A stretch of DNA of 63,950 bases, the filler included, from Octopus bimaculoides (Eukaryota), in NCBI RefSeq assembly GCF_001194135.2. It is 6 parts of 6 records of this genome, joined end to end, with 100 filler letters (N's around TTAATTAATTAA, not from the genome) between each part and the next. Parts side by side here need not be neighbours in the genome. Positions count along the whole stretch, not along the records: positions 57,439 to 62,831 come from NC_068986.1; positions 62,932 to 63,950 come from NW_026308591.1; 4 more parts are not named here. One strand, written 5' to 3'. Made by a program: the position numbers and the translations under genes. This document shows positions 59,865 through 63,950 of the stretch, in pieces. The notes below the pieces were generated by a model that made no database searches, was not told the origin of the DNA, and saw only the letters and a list, made by a program, of their open reading frames with translations. The number at the start of each line of letters is the position of its first letter. The stretch's first letter is position 1.

Positions 59865-60248
59865 TGTATACATATATATATATTCTCTCTCACCCGCTCT
59901 CGCACGCTCTCCCTCTCTCTTTCTCTCTCGCTTTCTAAGTCTGGTACTAATTCTATCGATCGCTTTCGCCGAACTGCTATGTTACGGGGACGTAAACACA
60001 CTAATGCTGGTTGTTAAGCGGTGATACGGGACAAACACACACAAAGTACACACACATATGCATACACACACACATATATATATACATATATGACGGGATT
60101 CTTTCAGTTTCCATCTACCAAATCCACTCACAAGGCTTTGATCGGCCCGAGGCCATAGTAGAAGACGCTTGCCCAAAGTGCCACGCAGTGGGACTGAACT
60201 CAAAAATATATGGTTGGGAAGGAAGCTTCTTACTACACAGCCACGCCT
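59545..60248 (-). mobile_element. SINE family A with a greatly expanded internal microsatellite block
   Basis: Tail at 59545-59636; middle and head at 59940-60248. Confidence 0.8.
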
Positions 60249-60774
60249 GTTGACTTACATCTGGATAAAAGTGGAGTTGCCACAACTAAAACGTCTTTAA
60301 TTATAATTTGTTTTGATCAAGAAGAACTGGACGTAAACAACACAAATAACTACTTCATAAAAGCATGAAGTATTTATAAAGATAGTTATTAAAACTTGTA
60401 CTTCAGGCAGAATAAGTTTTGTAAAACATTCTTTTATCCTTTTAATCCTTCTCTGGTTTCATTCTTTGAACTGCAGCCATGATGGAGTACAACTTTCAAT
60501 GGACACAGTTCTATATTTAAGAGATGAGGAATTATGTACATTATTTACATTTGAAGGATATTTGTCTTCATCAAGATGAGGACAAATATCCGTCAAATGT
60601 AAATAATGTAAATAATGAACTTTCAATGGTTTCAATATAGATCCCACAATCTACGGCACCCTGCTACTTCAAGCATGACCACACACACACACACACACAC
60701 ACACACATGCACATACACACTCACACACACACTTACACACACTCACAGACAGGCAGACAGACAAATAGACTGAC

Positions 60775-60814
<40 letters not shown>

Positions 60815-60890
60815 TTTATTTTATATATAGAAGTACATATAGGTGCATAAATATGCATATATGTATGTATATATATATATATATATATAT
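59635..60890 (+). repeat. direct duplication of a ~180-bp composite microsatellite block (59635-59810 and 60700-60890)
   Basis: Shared unique anchor ttttattttatatatagaagtacatataggtgcataaatat. Confidence 0.85.
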
Positions 60891-63668
60891 ATNNNNNNNN
60901 NNNNNNNNNNNNNNNNNNNNNNNNNNNNNNNNNNNNNNNNNNNNNNNNNNNNNNNNNNNNNNNNNNNNNNNNNNNNNNNNNNNNNNNNNNNNNNNNNNNN
61001 NNNNNNNNNNNNNNNNNNNNNNNNNNNNNNNNNNNNNNNNNNNNNNNNNNNNNNNNNNNNNNNNNNNNNNNNNNNNNNNNNNNNNNNNNNNNNNNNNNNN
61101 NNNNNNNNNNNNNNNNNNNNNNNNNNNNNNNNNNNNNNNNNNNNNNNNNNNNNNNNNNNNNNNNNNNNNNNNNNNNNNNNNNNNNNNNNNNNNNNNNNNN
61201 NNNNNNNNNNNNNNNNNNNNNNNNNNNNNNNNNNNNNNNNNNNNNNNNNNNNNNNNNNNNNNNNNNNNNNNNNNNNNNNNNNNNNNNNNNNNNNNNNNNN
61301 NNNNNNNNNNNNNNNNNNNNNNNNNNNNNNNNNNNNNNNNNNNNNNNNNNNNNNNNNNNNNNNNNNNNNNNNNNNNNNNNNNNNNNNNNNNNNNNNNNNN
61401 NNNNNNNNNNNNNNNNNNNNNNNNNNNNNNNNNNNNNNNNNNNNNNNNNNNNNNNNNNNNNNNNNNNNNNNNNNNNNNNNNNNNNNNNNNNNNNNNNNNN
61501 NNNNNNNNNNNNNNNNNNNNNNNNNNNNNNNNNNNNNNNNNNNNNNNNNNNNNNNNNNNNNNNNNNNNNNNNNNNNNNNNNNNNNNNNNNNNNNNNNNNN
61601 NNNNNNNNNNNNNNNNNNNNNNNNNNNNNNNNNNNNNNNNNNNNNNNNNNNNNNNNNNNNNNNNNNNNNNNNNNNNNNNNNNNNNNNNNNNNNNNNNNNN
61701 NNNTATATATATATATATATATATATATGAGATTCGCCACCAGAATCTCATATACTTGCGATTTATCTCGCTCAAAGCAAGTCTCTCCTAATCTGTAATT
61801 GTCTTCAAATGAGTGCTATATACAACGCTAAAGTCTCCACCAGTGACTGTATAAAATTCGATATGGCTCTCACGAATAACTCGTTCAAGCCCAAATATTA
61901 CCAGCACACATTTTAATTCAGGAATAAAGATGAAAGAGAAATAGAACATTCTGATACATCTACTATCTTTACTGAATTCCAAATTAGAATACATCAACTG
62001 GAACCCTCGACGTTGTAAGCGACCGAGTGCCAACCAACAAACAAACAGGTTTCTCTTCTAAAAGCATATCTTCACAACAAGTATCACAATTTTTACTACT
62101 AACTCTTACTCCTTTTCAATATTCATACTGGTTTTACTATAAATATATCGCGAACTCTGTATATGTATCATAAAAACTTAATTTATATAAACAATCTACA
62201 CCTGTCTTGTTTAACAAAAATAACCTACATCTACCATACTCAGTTGCTCCACTTTGCTTCTTCCACCTCTCAAAAAACAATTCGTATAAGCGAATAATGT
62301 AGCCAGAGCCCTAAGTCAGCGGCCAGATTGATTTAAAATATTTTTATATTTATATCTGTTCCATTTTCCTATTCATACCATATCATCTAGGTGTGTGTGT
62401 GTATGTGTATGTTTGTGTGTTTGTATGTGTATGTTTGTGTGTTTAGATACACATATGTAGATATATATATATGTGTGTGTGCGCGCGCGCGCGTGTATGT
62501 ACGTGTGTGTATATATATACAGATGTATGTATGTATGTATGCAATGCTTACAACATTCATATTCCCGTTCTTTATTTCTTTTGAATAGGAGTAGGGGAGG
62601 GGGTATTTCGAAATATCAAGACTAATTAAATATATCCTGAGGTGACATTTCAATAACTTTATTATTATTTCATGTTCTATCTGCATTGCTATCGCCTATG
62701 ATAAGACATTGATTTTTTTTAATGTAATATGTTTGTATATGTATGAGCGTATACCTTCATGCACTTATACATATTTCAATATGTGTATATACTTCTTTAT
62801 GTGTGTGCATGTGTATATTTATACGGACTTGNNNNNNNNNNNNNNNNNNNNNNNNNNNNNNNNNNNNNNNNNNNNTTAATTAATTAANNNNNNNNNNNNN
62901 NNNNNNNNNNNNNNNNNNNNNNNNNNNNNNNGATTAAATTTTATTAAATTTTCATTAAATAAAAATAATTTCTGTTTAACACGTATCACATTGAAAAATA
63001 TTAAATTATGAAGTGTTTGTATTTATAATAAATTTTATTTTACATTTCTTGCCTACAAGAGATTATGTCTAATCTTTAGCATACTTCTGTATGTCTTCTC
63101 AAATCATGATCACAGGAAAAGTTGTTGATTATCAGCAAAAACAAAGCTGATAAATACGCACAAGTGCTGCAAAATAAGTTTAATTACCAATAAACGTGCT
63201 TAGATGACACTTTACTCAACAGACATAGGAAGGTGACTGATCAAGCTGATTATGTAAACAGAATTCTGATTGGTCAAAAGTGTCTTCTTGCCTCAAACTC
63301 TGATTTTCTGCCTATTCTTGTCAGAACCTTTGATACAGAGTATCGAAATTTTAATACCTTTCACACTTATAAAATGTCAAGCAAACTTAAAAATTTGTCA
63401 TTACCATTTTAGGTAATGACCATTAGGTATATAAAAAAAAACTATATTGTTCTCACTTACGGGGAAATTGCATCCTCAAATTGTGAGTGTGTATGTATAT
63501 ATATGTATATAGAATGGAAAAATTATACAAAATGTATAAATAGATTATGAGTAAAGCACTGTCAGTTTAGGTTACCTGTTGTTAACTGTAGGTTTACTCC
63601 AGGAACTTCGCAGTGGCAGTTGGGGTAATAGTATTCATAAAATAGGAAATGGAATGTGTATTAGACTT

Positions 63669-63726
63669 TTATTAAGTACAACATGTTTCGACCCATTGTT
63701 CTGGGTCTCTTCAGGTACATTAATAA
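63669..63726 (-). ncRNA. canonical minimal type I hammerhead ribozyme
   Basis: Minus strand: TTATTAATGTAC-CTGAAGA-GACCC(agaacaat)GGGTC-GAAA-CATG-TT-GTACTTAATAA; intact core, 5-bp stem II, palindromic stem III (ACATGT), 11/12-bp stem I. Confidence 0.85.
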
Positions 63727-63950
63727 AATAAAGTTGCACTAGAGATTTTGTGTGTCGGCTTGTTTACCAGTATATGTCCATGAAATTCAAGAATGAATAA
63801 AAGCAGAGAAAAATTATTGAAACACAAAGAATTCAAATATGAACATGTCAGTTACTCAACACTGGCATTGGCCACTGGCCACGCCCAGATGCCGGAGCAT
63901 ATCATCATCATCATCATCATCATCATCATTTAACGTCCGCTTTCCTTGCT

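Noticed and set aside
60259-60285. Perfect minus-strand donor GTAAGT at 60258 with a 27-nt micro-exon candidate
   Set aside because: No frame resembles NELF-A and the acceptor is weak.
61724-61754. 12-bp perfect hairpin (tatatgagattc-gccacca-gaatctcatata)
   Set aside because: Partly built from (TA)n next to a gap, with no Helitron CTAG end or other context.

Overview
AT-rich, microsatellite- and transposon-dense animal genomic DNA from a gapped draft assembly. The SINE repertoire suggests an octopus such as Octopus bimaculoides (inference). Protein-coding content: (i) two intronless DUF229 (alkaline-phosphatase-superfamily, type II membrane) paralogues arranged tail-to-tail as the arms of a ~2.4-kb inverted duplication (29990-31954 +, 36503-38323 -), with strikingly mosaic identity; (ii) the last four detectable coding exons of NELFA on the minus strand (49936-49825, 48905-gap, 46734-46635, 45549-45389), found by hand from splice sites and the conserved C-terminus. 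The rest is repeats: at least four tRNA-headed SINE families, a full-length dead DD34D mariner, two DD37D maT remnants, Tigger and Merlin remnants, hAT, piggyBac and mariner MITEs, RTE-type and HERO-like LINE pieces, and Penelope-like RT fragments. The most unusual signal is a set of about seven type I hammerhead-ribozyme motifs. One is a 378-nt-periodic tandem pair resembling a retrozyme, and one lies in the sense orientation inside a NELFA intron. Most ORFs in the supplied track are microsatellite or N-gap artefacts. Repeat boundaries are approximate unless TIRs or TSDs are quoted.
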